Source: Cyanidioschyzon merolae
Lineage: Eukaryota
DNA: 64,000 nt
NCBI GenBank assembly: GCA_000091205.1
Contig: AP006490.2
Strand: one strand, 5' to 3'
The position numbers were made by a program, and so were the translations under genes. Below, one piece after another: positions 32,643 to 43,560 of this stretch (within the stretch, counting starts at the first letter, position 1; each line of letters starts with the position of its first letter). A model generated the notes under the pieces. That model worked only from the letters and a program-made list of their open reading frames with translations, was not told the DNA's origin and made no database searches.

Positions 32643-34820
32643 TCAGGCAGCAGCTTGAGCGTCACTTTTGCCTTGCATGGCCCGCGTGGAGTCCTTCGGG
32701 AGCAACTGCGCCTCCTGCCGATCACACGCTTCTGTTTCATGTGGCAGGTGCGTCGCAAAGGGGGCCTCGCGAAACTCGCGTCGAGTAAACACATGCCGCC
32801 AAACCGTGTTATCCGCTGTCGCTGTCTGCTGGAATCTTTCATGCGGCAATGAGACGGCTTTCAGGACGGGTACCCGTATTCGATCGTAACCGTCAGCGTT
32901 GAAAAACTGGGGCATGGATCGAGATCGCATCTCGAGAACTGCCGCTTGCGATTGTTTCCGAGCTGCTCCAAGGTCAGCGATGATGCGCTGGGGGTAGGTC
33001 GCACCAAGCTGAACGCCTGCACTGGACAAGACCGACTCAGGCGCTTTCCACGGTGCATGAATATAAGCGTTCGGCAGTTGAGCTAGTTCGGGTAGCCACT
33101 TGCGAACGTACGCACCAGTTGGGTCGCTCGACCGGGCGCTGGTCTCTGGATGAATAACGAAATTCCACATGTCCAGGCCGGTGCGTCCCGCATTCTGCCA
33201 CATCATCGCGTTGATGGCAATGTCCAAATCGATGAGCGTACGATGGAACCATTGCAGGCCGTGTATCCAGTGTATATTGAGGTACTCGACCAGAAACGAT
33301 GCCGCAGCCATGCGGATATTCTGGGGCATCCAACCCGTTTGCCAAAGTTGTCGCATTCCGGCATCAATGATGGGGTATCCCGTGGATCCCCGCTGCCAGG
33401 CCGCGAGCAGACGCGGATCCTCGTTCCATTCCTGCGAGGCATAATGGCTCCGAATGGGCGTCGTGACCGCCTCTGGAAACATATAGAGCGTCCAGTACGC
33501 CAGGTCTCGCCAGATAAGTCGACGCTCAAATGTCTTGGATCGCTTTGATGCCGCCAGTCGTCTAGAGGCCGCTCTCGTAGCGTGGAACACCTCCCGTGCG
33601 CTGAGCATACCCAGTGCCAGATACGGTGACAGACGCGATACGACCTCGAGGTCTGCTCTAGATTTGTTCTTCTCGTACAGGGGTAGTCGGTGTTCCAGAA
33701 AATCCCGCAAAAACGCGCGAACGCGTTCCTCGTCGACCGCCCACGAACCGAGCAGCACCGTATCCCAGCGTTTTGTACCCGGACGCACCGGGTGCAACCC
33801 CGTTTCCACCAACGATGTGACAAACTGGAAGGGCGCGCAGCGTGTTGTCCTATCGACAAACGCATCTCCAGCAAGCGGAGGCGGCTTCTCACAGCATGCT
33901 GGTGTCCGTGGCTCGCAGCGCTCCAGCGCCGCAGCCGGCGGTAGCGTAGACGGCGCTGCTGCAGGCTCGGGCGGTAGGTCGGCGTTTCGTTGCCAGGCCT
34001 GCCAGAAGGGAAGCAGTGTTCCAAAGTGTCCAGCACTCGAGGTTGCATCGCCATCGTACGCTACTGTCCAGGGCTCATGTAGGAGGTGCATGTTGTGCGT
34101 ATACACCTTCCATTTACGCTGTTTTGTGAGCGTGCATTCCAGCTCCATGTCGAGCTGGAGTAGAGGAGGCTCATAGCGTCGAGCCATCAGCAGCGTTCGT
34201 GCTGACAAAGAGGCTTCAAGGAAATGAAACAATTGCAGGTACTCTTCGAGGCCTGCGTCATCGCTGAGACGCACGTAGTGAATCACCTGCTGAAAGCGCA
34301 TGTTTAAGGCTCGATTGAGTGCATCCACGGCGCTGAAGAGGAAAACGCGTTGTGCTTCACCAAAGCCGTAGTTTTTGTCCGCATCCGCCGATGACCATGT
34401 AAACATTATGAAAAGAGGTTCATTGAGCCTCTGCGCTTGCAGCAATAACGGATTATCGTGTATTCGCAGGTCCCCGCGTCCTCGGAGCCACACGATGGTA
34501 GCTGCTGAGGATGATGATCGCTTCACGGCCGTTTTCTGTGCGTCTATTTTTGAGAACAACGTATCAGGTGAATCCGTTGCTCGATTAGAGGACTCAACGG
34601 GCCGACGCTTTGCTTTTCGCATGCGTAGAAGAGCGCGATACCGGCTCGGTGTCCGTCGCCCGTTGTACGATCTCGGGCGAGCGTCAACCAAGTCCCTCTG
34701 TGCCGTGAAACCCTGACTGTCACTGCAGTAGCGCTCACCAGGGCACCAGCCATATGTAGACCTCGGAATCACTTCGCAAAACAGCAACGAGCTGCCGTTC
34801 ACTGTGACACAATGGTGCAT
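32643..34820 (-). CDS. cryptochrome/DNA photolyase family flavoprotein (N-terminal alpha/beta photolyase domain plus FAD-binding domain), with ~100-aa N-terminal extension
   Basis: IVWLRGRGDLRIHDNPLL (photolyase N-term); FAD-binding region RLSPYLALGMLSAREVF...RRLIWRDLAYWTLYMFPE...TGYPIIDAGMRQLWQTGWMPQNIRMAAASFLVEYLNIHWIHGLQWFHRTLIDLDIAINAMMWQNAG...TGAYVRKWLPELAQLP. Subfamily (CPD photolyase vs CRY-DASH vs plant CRY) not resolvable by eye. Confidence 0.85.
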   Translation of the reverse strand: MHHCVTVNGSSLLFCEVIPRSTYGWCPGERYCSDSQGFTAQRDLVDARPRSYNGRRTPSRYRALLRMRKAKRRPVESSNRATDSPDTLFSKIDAQKTAVKRSSSSAATIVWLRGRGDLRIHDNPLLLQAQRLNEPLFIMFTWSSADADKNYGFGEAQRVFLFSAVDALNRALNMRFQQVIHYVRLSDDAGLEEYLQLFHFLEASLSARTLLMARRYEPPLLQLDMELECTLTKQRKWKVYTHNMHLLHEPWTVAYDGDATSSAGHFGTLLPFWQAWQRNADLPPEPAAAPSTLPPAAALERCEPRTPACCEKPPPLAGDAFVDRTTRCAPFQFVTSLVETGLHPVRPGTKRWDTVLLGSWAVDEERVRAFLRDFLEHRLPLYEKNKSRADLEVVSRLSPYLALGMLSAREVFHATRAASRRLAASKRSKTFERRLIWRDLAYWTLYMFPEAVTTPIRSHYASQEWNEDPRLLAAWQRGSTGYPIIDAGMRQLWQTGWMPQNIRMAAASFLVEYLNIHWIHGLQWFHRTLIDLDIAINAMMWQNAGRTGLDMWNFVIHPETSARSSDPTGAYVRKWLPELAQLPNAYIHAPWKAPESVLSSAGVQLGATYPQRIIADLGAARKQSQAAVLEMRSRSMPQFFNADGYDRIRVPVLKAVSLPHERFQQTATADNTVWRHVFTRREFREAPFATHLPHETEACDRQEAQLLPKDSTRAMQGKSDAQAAA

Positions 34821-36846
34821 TCAATGCAAACGACAAGGCCGCGGAAGGTCCTGGACGACACCTTCCGACTCACCGAGACCGTTCACGTAGCGCACTTACT
34901 GATCAGTCTAAAGTTCTTCGTGTCCAGCGATGTTGTCCACGGTGATTGTCTGCACCGTCCTGCCGGCACGCTACGAGCGCGGTGTTGAACACGAAGTCTA
35001 CTGTTGAAAAATACCGGTTCGTTAACTGATTGGTTTCCGAGCACATCGCTTGCGGCGACTAGCCTGGTGCAGCAGAACGATTCGTTTCCAGGATGAATTG
35101 GGTCGCATCGGGTTCATGTTACTCGATATTGACTTTTATTACCCGGAAGCATGGCACTTGGAAGGATTTCTCTCGAGTTCAAGAGCGATCCGGAGTTGCC
35201 GTTCGTTTCGGTGACGTTGCCCGCCGGTGACGTTCTTCGCTCGTGCAAGCCCCCGATTCCGACCTGTACCTTAATCATGGTGCAGTAAGCATGAAAGAGG
35301 AGGAGGAAATGATCTAGAATGCTCCTGAGATTTGTTCTCACATAGAACAGACGACACATATGTTTCCCATAGCGTTGCCAGTCACGCCTTGTGCTGGTTG
35401 TCCTCCTTTTCATCGTCTTTGGCGCTTACGGTTGCAAAGTCCAAGCCGTCCGCATGACTGCACTGCCATTTTTCGGCAAGTTCTTTTTCAGCAGTGTCCC
35501 ATATGTGTCTAAGTTTTCGACTAGGCAGCACATTTCTTCCTGCGTTGCGTCTGAAATAGAGTGACCGATGGTTGCACGGCTGCGTTGTACTGATTTGCCC
35601 AGTGGAGACGAGAACCACTCATAGCGTCACGCGGCTGTGGCAACCATGTGTTCGACGGATCCAAACCATACGGCGGATGGAATGAGTGATATCGTATCCA
35701 GGTTTTGAATGCATAAATGTGCTGATGAGCTCGAGCACGTACGCCGTGCACGAGAAGCGCTGATGATTTCGGAGACTCACATTCATATCGCCAGAAAGAT
35801 TTGATGCACGATCACGACCCCCTTGTCGCAGAATCGCAAAGCGTACATGACTATGTTGATTGCACCAGCACGTAGTTGGAGAACTGGTGCGACTCACTGG
35901 CACCAAAGTAGACGCGAGCGGACCGGCTCTTCGACGTATGCTCTGCTTGTCATGAAAACCGGGGACGGTCACTGAAAACATCGGAGAGCTTCGTTCGAGA
36001 TATGTCCTCCGATTCGACGAAAGACTTGGGATCAAAATGGTGCCTATTAAAGGTCGCTAAAGAAAGCGAACATGTTTGAAACGAAATCTTCTTCTGCTCA
36101 AGTATAGCAGAAAACTGTGCATGCGGAAGAACGCGCAATCGACAAGGTTGCCCGAACTGAAACGTTTTGAAGTTGCATCCATCCAAGTATAGCATAAAAC
36201 AGTGAATGCTGGGGAATGCCTGATATGCGGACCTGCTACGGAGCACGCAAGCTTTCATGGGCATTTGTGAGCGATTCGGGGTTTGAGGTTTGCACCCGCC
36301 ATAGCTGCCGCTTTGTTGCCCTGAAGTGCTCTGTCGCCTGTCGAGAAGCACTGCGGTAACATTGCTCAGCGCACCGTCTCATATCCAGTGGGCGCGTTCA
36401 GAGGCGCTCGCTGTCGAACGCAGCATCTACACATGTGGATTCTTCATTGGAGCACTTAACTGCTGCGAGGCTCCTGCCTTTTCGATTTTGCCGAACTGTT
36501 CACCAGATGTTCAGCTTCGGAATTCGATTTACAGTATTAAGCAATAAAGAATTCAGGGTCAAGTTCAGGAATCTCGGTCGTTTCCACGGGGTTGCCCCTT
36601 CGACGCTTTGTTGCCGAAACCCAATCCATCATTGTGAGAAAGATGATCCAGGACGCCCTCGGGAATGGATTCGTATAATTAGCGATACCGTTATCGATAT
36701 CAACCAAGAAGCCACCACGCTCCCTTGCTCCACACCAGCCGCATTTCAAATTACGTATTCAGTAACTTTTCTATTCCTCTGCTTCAAAGCAACTCTTGGG
36801 CACAGCAATCTGCATTGATTGCTTGAGGAGAAGAAACGCGCCCGAC

Positions 36847-37515
36847 GTCACTGGGTGACGGATAATTCACCAACTCATGCGGAGTGTGTACTGCAGTCGT
36901 AAGGCCAAAAATAGATTTGGTTCGAAATAGAAATTATGATCTCTTTCGTGGAGACCGACGGAACGGAATTCCATAGCTCGCCCTTGCGCTTGCGCTTGTG
37001 CGTGCAGGGAGCAACATACTCTTTAAGAAGATCACCGAACGCAAGCCGATGACCCTACGGTGCGACTTTACTCGTGGAAATGGATGAGGATATCGAGAGA
37101 CGCACTTGGCGCACGTCGAGAGCACGTACGGCACCATGAAGTCAGCTCTCACGCGCCCCAGTACAGTGCGTGGAAGCGAAAGTGTGCAGGGCGTACGGAA
37201 ACACCTCAGCAACGATGACTGGCACCGCTGCGGGGGCCGAGCCTCGACTACAAGCAAAGGGGATGAAAATGGCGAGCGAAGCAGAGATTGCAATGATTCC
37301 CAGTGCTTGAAATGGAGAGACGAGAGTCCTATGGGCAAATTCTGGAGTTTTAGACTGACGTGAATAGCCATCGACCGCTGACGACGGAGCTGGAGAGTGT
37401 GGAGCGACTGGCTCGTTTGAAGCGCTAGCTAAGCGAGGGTATTTAGAAGCAGGGACAGTGAAGGCCCGCACGGGCTGGTACTCATGCCAACGAGAGAAGC
37501 GATGCAGACCTTTAG
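36847..37515. repeat. dispersed direct repeat copy A (669 bp), ~98% identical to copy B at 42892-43560
   Basis: Begins gtcactgggtgacggataattcaccaactcatgcggagtgtgtactgca..., ends ...gagaagcgatgcagacctttag. Only ~12 mismatches against copy B. Confidence 0.95.
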
Positions 37516-37610
37516 TATGTACATATGTATCAGATGTATGGACTAGTTCCACTGGATGCTCAAATAGGTACACGCTGGCACGTGCATTCTCCACCAAAGA
37601 GCGACACCCG

Positions 37611-38642
37611 CTACCACACTACAGGCGCGACTGATCGATAATAATCCGGTGGTAAATATTCCGGCAGTTCCTCGGCTGTAACCCATGCATAATCTACTGC
37701 AGCTGGTGCGCGTACCCCAGTAATACAGCCGCTAATCAACTGTGCACGATAAAAAAAGATTTTGATCCCGGAAATGCCCTGAGCCTCTTGGAGCGCTGGC
37801 GAATAGATATGCTTCAAATGTGCACATGGAGCATTGCCAATAAAATGAGCCTCAAAATCGTTTTCGTCATCGCCATCGGTTCCGCCAGTCTCGATGAGAC
37901 TTTGGAGCGCTTTTTCGGCCTCGCCCCGAAAGAAAAAGGTTTTCGAGCAGCGCGTCTCAGCGCCGCCACTGGTACCTAGCGCTTCGGCGGATGCAGCGGC
38001 TGCGTCTGTACCGGCCCGCAGAGGCATCGGGTCATTACTGGATTGCATTAGGCGCTCTTCTTCGATGAATCGCTGAGGGAACTGCCACAGTGAACGGCCT
38101 GTCGGACCAAGTTTGCGTTGAACGATAAGGAACAGCCACTGGTCCAGTTTGCGACGCAGGGAACGCCGATCATTGGTACGGTCGGCCTCTGTTTCGCGAG
38201 GCGCCGGCACATATTCACTATCGTCGAGCTCAAAAACTTTCGAGTTTAGAAAGGGGTGCTTGTCTGGGATCGTGTCACCACTTTCGCCGAAGAGTCGCTG
38301 CATGACCTCGGGAGAAAGCTCTCGGGCTTGCGCGTTGGCCATCAACAGCTGAAACTTGAGGAACGCCCGCTCCTCAGGAGTAGGCTCTGGCATGATGATC
38401 GGCGTTCGCTCCAAAATAGTAGCGACCGCATAACGATACGGCAGCCGCTGAGGCTCAGTACTCGGTTTGCTCGCGCCCGCTTTGGAGGCAGAGCCTCTCC
38501 GCGGGAAACCGTTCGGCGGCAGCTGGTAGCGTGCTAGCCGCAAGCAACGACGCGACGCTGCCAGTGCCTGATTCAGGCAGCTACTGCATAGGTATCTTTT
38601 CCACGTATGCAGCAGCGAAGCGGCCATACGCGTAGCGTACAA
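37611..38642 (-). CDS. MRPL46: mitochondrial ribosomal protein mL46 (MRPL46; NUDIX-like fold) with N-terminal presequence
   Basis: Collinear with MRPL46: YVPAPRETEADRTNDRRSLRRKLDQWLFLIVQRKLG...WQFPQ (human [36 protein letters not shown]..WILPQ); HFIGNAPCAHLKHIY...GIKIFFYRAQLISG...YAWVTAEELPEYLPPDYY (human KFLGNAPCGHY...GAKVFFFKALLLTG...HVWVTKDELGDYLKPKYL). Confidence 0.7.
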   Translation of the reverse strand: MYATRMAASLLHTWKRYLCSSCLNQALAASRRCLRLARYQLPPNGFPRRGSASKAGASKPSTEPQRLPYRYAVATILERTPIIMPEPTPEERAFLKFQLLMANAQARELSPEVMQRLFGESGDTIPDKHPFLNSKVFELDDSEYVPAPRETEADRTNDRRSLRRKLDQWLFLIVQRKLGPTGRSLWQFPQRFIEEERLMQSSNDPMPLRAGTDAAAASAEALGTSGGAETRCSKTFFFRGEAEKALQSLIETGGTDGDDENDFEAHFIGNAPCAHLKHIYSPALQEAQGISGIKIFFYRAQLISGCITGVRAPAAVDYAWVTAEELPEYLPPDYYRSVAPVVW

Positions 38643-39351
38643 CGACGCTCGTACTGCGCAGGTACTGAATGAGGCGCCTTGTTACGCGTCGACCAGGATC
38701 GTAGATGAACAGTATATTTCATATATGTTTCAGGATATACAGTTATGTACATATAGATACATTTACGAAAAGGGACCACGTGGGCAATGCACCACAGGCG
38801 GCCGACGGGGATCTATCCTCAGCAGCGGCGCCTGTGCGCATGAAGCCGCTGCGCAGGCCTGTCAGAAAGTGCGTCTCTGGCGCATGAATCATTCAAGCAC
38901 ACAGCCGGCGGCTGCGGATAAGGTTCGCGAGTTTCGCCCTGTGCCTGATGGGTCATGTTCGAGTCATGTGTCTGCGGTACCAGGTCTTTGTCCCGTGTCG
39001 GAGAAGGAGACCGGGATCGATGTTGAGCGATCCACGCAAGACGCATGCTGCAGATTCGTTCAGACGCTGTTTCACCATCAGAGATGTGTGGGGCATCTCT
39101 CCATGCCAATGCACGAGGTAGCCGCAAAACGCTTTGCAACAACGAGCCCAAGCACGTCGAACCAAAGACAAGGTGTCTCTTATGGTACCTGACGTACTGG
39201 ATTCCCCAGAGACCGTGATCGTTGCGATGGTGCTGGACAACGCCGCACAGCTACGGCTGCGATGCACGTGCCATGCCTGCTCGTCTCTGCGAGACAAGTG
39301 GCTTGCAGAGCGCTCAGCGACTCGGATCGGATGCACGACGTGATGCATGCC

Positions 39352-40014
39352 TCATTCCCCAGCATCCTCGTTCAATGCCTGATCTTTCACACCCATCAGG
39401 ATGCAGATGTTTGTCATGGTGAGCAGCATCTCTGCAGTGCCGTGTAGGTAGTCTACATTTGCCAGCTTCTCGTGATATACCCGCAAAGCAATCACCCCGG
39501 CGACGATTGTGCCCAGAACGAAAACTAGCAGGTACGACAAACCGATCTTGGTGATCGTCGTGAGCGTTCGTTCTCGCGTCCATAGCACGTACAGAAACCC
39601 GGCGTACGGGATGATTGAGACCTGAAACAAGAACGTTACCAACTCGTCTGCACTCGGGAGCCGATCTAGCGACGGCAGCATCGGTACCAGGGCCAACAAC
39701 GTACTTGAGTGCCGCACGCGCTGGATTCGACGTCCGAGTGATGCACTCTGCCGGTTGCGAACGCGCGTAGCGGCACCCGTCCCGTGAAGTCTTCCTGCAC
39801 GCTGCCCTGCTCGTGCAAGGAAACAAGTCCGCAGAAACCGCGGCCGTGCGTTCGAGACCTGCGGCGTTAACCCCGCATCCTTCGAGGGTATTGCAACTCC
39901 AACGTAAAAGAGTTGGGAAAGAGTCCTCATCGCAACGTGCGCTACGCAGGATTGCCAGGATCCTTGCCGGCGAGTCGACCAGGGCGCAGCCGCAGCAGCA
40001 GCGTACGGAAACAA
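39352..40014 (-). CDS. small multi-pass membrane protein with Ala/Arg/Ser-rich N-terminal presequence (possible organellar, plastid-type, targeting); function unknown
   Basis: 220-aa ORF. Hydrophobic segments LVTFLFQVSIIPYAGFLYVLW, IGLSYLLVFVLGTIVAGVIAL, LLTMTNICILMGV. Transcribed divergently from TMEM120. Confidence 0.3.
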   Translation of the reverse strand: MFPYAAAAAAPWSTRRQGSWQSCVAHVAMRTLSQLFYVGVAIPSKDAGLTPQVSNARPRFLRTCFLARAGQRAGRLHGTGAATRVRNRQSASLGRRIQRVRHSSTLLALVPMLPSLDRLPSADELVTFLFQVSIIPYAGFLYVLWTRERTLTTITKIGLSYLLVFVLGTIVAGVIALRVYHEKLANVDYLHGTAEMLLTMTNICILMGVKDQALNEDAGE

Positions 40015-40161
40015 ACGACTACTTCCGGCCGCGGCAGCAGCAGCAGCAGCAGCAGCACCAAAGGCAGTAGATCCTTCAGTACACGGGTTCTTTTGCTAGC
40101 GCACTGGTTTGCGTCTCTGGTGAGGTGTACCCGTCCGACAAAGTTTTCCCTCCTGTAACCG

Positions 40162-41388
40162 TTGGTGAATATTTGTTTTTTGTTGTATAGTGCGCTCGTG
40201 TCCATGGTTGTAGAGGTTGGTGCTGCTGGAGAGGCATCGCTCGGCAGGCGACAAGCGCAGGTGCAACAAGACACCAGAGGTGCAAACTCGGAACCAGCGC
40301 ACGTCGTCTCGGGGGGACGTGCTCAAGACTCGACAGCATCCGTAGCGCAAGCTTCGGTCCAGGAGGAGAGGACGTCGCCACTGGGCGCAGAATTGAACGA
40401 GCTGGAGCGAGCAAACGGTGAACTCGAAAAGACTGTGAACGAATATGGCTCTTTAATAGAGCGTTACACGAAACTTCAGCAGCAGCTATGCCAGCTGGCA
40501 GCAAAGCAACAGAAGCGACTTGTACACTTAGAACGGACCCTTGCCAACCAGCGGGAGACGATGCGGCCTCGGAACAACTCGCCGGACTTGCGGCAAGAGA
40601 CACGCGCTGTGCTCGAACGCTCCCGGAAACTATTACGGGAGCGGGTCGAGCCGCTTCTCCCCTCTGACGGTGGCTGGTTTGTGCGTCTCTTTCTGGGCAC
40701 TATCAACGTGCGCTTTATGGATAAGCGAACACGACTCTCATTCAAGCGCGAGTACGAGCAGTTCAAGCAGCAAACGGCCCCGGCGCTGGTCATTGCTTCT
40801 GTGGTCTGTCTGCTGTGGACGTCGTCACGGTGGCCAAGCCTGCTTCTCCAAATGTTCATCGCCTATTATTACAGCGCTCTAGCTCTGAGAGAAAGTGTTC
40901 TAGTCGCGAACGGCTCAAATATTCGACGCTGGTGGCGTCTACATCATTACCTGAGTCTGGTACTTGCCGTTGTCGTGCTCACCTGGCCGGATGGGGAAGC
41001 GTATGCAGAATTCCGAGGCGAAATCCATTTTCTTGGACTCTACCTGTCGCTGCTACAGATTTTGCAAGCTCGTTATCAGATGTCGCGATTATATACGCTG
41101 CGCTCGCTTGGCAAGGCAGGTGAACTGGACGTGGCAAACACCGACTCGCCAGCGCAGTTACACTGGGGCGCAAATATGTCGCTATTGCTACCAGCTATTC
41201 TGGTAGCGCACGCGCTGCAAGCGTGGACTGCTGTCCGGGCGTTTCAGGTGTATTTCAAATACCCGCGTGTTGCGCAAGCGCTTCTTGGTGGCACAATCAC
41301 CCTCATTACGTGTATTGGAAACGTGGTGACGACTTTCCGCACGCTGAGAGAGAAAGCCGTCTTGTCTGGTCAGCACGCTTCGAGCTAA
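40162..41388 (+). CDS. TMEM120: TMEM120/TMPIT family membrane protein (N-terminal coiled coil plus 6-TM domain)
   Basis: NIRRWWRLHHYLSLVLAVVVLTWPDGEAYAEFRGEIHFLGLYLSLLQILQARYQMSRLYTLRSLG aligns with TMEM120A [60 protein letters not shown]. N-terminal coiled coil ELNELERANGELEKTVNEY. Confidence 0.75.
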   Translation: MVNICFLLYSALVSMVVEVGAAGEASLGRRQAQVQQDTRGANSEPAHVVSGGRAQDSTASVAQASVQEERTSPLGAELNELERANGELEKTVNEYGSLIERYTKLQQQLCQLAAKQQKRLVHLERTLANQRETMRPRNNSPDLRQETRAVLERSRKLLRERVEPLLPSDGGWFVRLFLGTINVRFMDKRTRLSFKREYEQFKQQTAPALVIASVVCLLWTSSRWPSLLLQMFIAYYYSALALRESVLVANGSNIRRWWRLHHYLSLVLAVVVLTWPDGEAYAEFRGEIHFLGLYLSLLQILQARYQMSRLYTLRSLGKAGELDVANTDSPAQLHWGANMSLLLPAILVAHALQAWTAVRAFQVYFKYPRVAQALLGGTITLITCIGNVVTTFRTLREKAVLSGQHASS

Positions 41389-42891
41389 CGAAGTAGATTG
41401 GGGTCTCGCGTACATACTGGGGATTTATTTACGACCTGATGGATGATTGAAACCGAAAACAAAACCGGGCACTTTTCGTTGCCAGTGCGTCGCGATCGGC
41501 TTGGCGAATGATCTGCCGGGGCGGACGCTTTGCGTCTGCATACGCATGTCTTTTATACCATACAGTCTGCGGTTTATGTTTGTGGCGCAGGGAATTGGTC
41601 TGCTTGGTATGAAGCATTGGTGAGTTGCGGCTTTCCATGCTTGCAGTTGTGGAACCCGGTCCTGGATAGGTCCCCAGGCAAGATGATGTCGGTACCAGCG
41701 GCGTTCCATCTTCGTCATAGCCTTGCAAAACATCGGAATGAGTATGATCGGGTCCTGCGTCTCTGGAGGTACTCTATACTGCATTTAAATTCCACTGTGC
41801 ATCTCTCGTCGAAGAGCAGCATACACTGGAGGCATTTCGAATGGAGTTACCGGTGAGCACCGCCATTCCTGGGTATGGCGTATCCTGTTGGCCAGCAACA
41901 CCGCCCGTGAATGCGAGCAAGCTTATCGGTACAGTCCGTAATGTTTAGAGTCGATGCTGCCGCTAGATCTTCCTTAGCCTCCACGCATTTCATGGAGATT
42001 GGAAAAGCTGATCTCGACATGCAATGTGACGCCTAGGTGCGCACCGCTGACCGCCATGTGAATACTAGCAGCGCGTAGGTTTCCATCGGAGGTGTCGTTA
42101 TTCAGTGAGTGTGGTTTCGTAGGTGACCCGCGTCATCCTATGTCAGAGCGTTGTGATAGAACACGAATCTCTCCCAGTACGGATGGATTCGAGGTATAAG
42201 ATGGATGCATTTTCAAAGCGGCAACGCTATCGGCTTCTCACTCATTCGAGTCATTCCTCACTGCCGCGCGATAGAATGCGTATCCAAACGACCGCCGCAG
42301 CGACATCGAAATTCTTTACTGTCTCCGGATGACTCCGGCTCTAAGCTCAAAGCGCAGGAGAGCGATAGGATTCTCGGGCCTTTGTCTCGTAGGATCTTAT
42401 GGTGCCGTAGCTCGTGGATACCGCACATAACTGACTAGGCGCAGAGGTAACGAGCCAGCCACTGGTAGCGTATGCGCTTCATGTGGCGTCTTGGCGGATG
42501 CTTTGAATGTTCAAATGGGACACTGAACTGCCCAGTCCGTTCTCGCGTGTTTAAATTTATTCCGAACCTTGCATCAGATCCTCAGCCGTGGGACTCGGAG
42601 TGCGGCAAAAAGCAATTGCGTATTCATGAAAAGTCTCTGGATCCGCATTCGGAATTTCCATGGGGCAGCTTTGTAGCCTTGTCGCTAGAATTCAGTTCGC
42701 CAACGCGAGAACGTTGCATCGTGAACTCTCGAAATGGATTCCAAAAATGACAGGCATCACTGTCGAGTTCAAAAATGAGAGACTCAGAGATTTCCAAATA
42801 ATGCCTTCTGAAGTCGTCAGATGCTTCCATTTCAAGGCAGCACGACAGCGAAAAATTTACGCCTCTCGATCGACGGGGAATCGTCTACGAG

Positions 42892-43560
42892 GTCACTGGG
42901 TGACGGATAATTCACCAACTCATGCGGAGTGTGTACTGCAATCGTAAGGCCAAAAATAGATTTGGTTCGAAATAGAAATTATGATCTCTCTCGTGGAGAT
43001 CGACGGAACGGAATTCCATAGCTCGCCCTTGCGCTTGCGCTTGTGCGTGCAGGGAGCAACATACTCGTTAAGAAGATCACCGAACGCAAGCCGATGACCC
43101 TACGGTGCGACTTTACTCGTGGAAACGGATGAGGATATCGAGAGACGCACTTGGCGCACGTCGAGAGCACGTACGGCACCATGAAGTCAGCTCTCACGCG
43201 CCCCAGTACAGTGCGTGGAAGCGAAAGTGTGCAGGGCGTACGGAAACACCTCAGCAACGATGACTGGCACCGCTGCGGGGGCCGAGCCTAGACTACAAGC
43301 AAAGATGATGAAAATGGCGAGCGAAGCAGAGATTGCAATGATTCCCAGTGCTTGAAATGGAGAGACGAGAGTCCTATGGGCAAATTCTGGAGTTTTAGAC
43401 TGACGTGAATAGCCATCGACCGCTGACGACGGAGCTGGAGAGTGTGGAGCGACTGGCTCGTTTGAAGCGCTAGCTAAGCGAGGTTAATTAGAAGCAGGGA
43501 CAGTGAAGGCCCGCACGGGCTGGTACTCATGACAACGAGAGAAGCGATGCAGACCTTTAG
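42892..43560. repeat. dispersed direct repeat copy B (669 bp), partner of copy A
   Basis: Same start and end strings as copy A; same orientation; 5.4 kb downstream. Confidence 0.95.

Noticed and set aside
36915-36935. tRNA-like T-arm string ggttcgaaat inside the dispersed repeat (possible tRNA-derived SINE)
   Set aside because: No complementary acceptor or anticodon stems and no A/B box spacing could be built by eye; at 669 bp the element is too long for a typical tRNA-SINE. Left unassigned.
36847-43560. Interpretation of the two 669-bp direct repeats as LTRs of an intact LTR retrotransposon
   Set aside because: The repeats lack TG...CA termini. The 5.4-kb interior encodes recognisable host genes (mL46, TMEM120) rather than gag/pol/integrase. 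Kept as a segmental or dispersed repeat instead.
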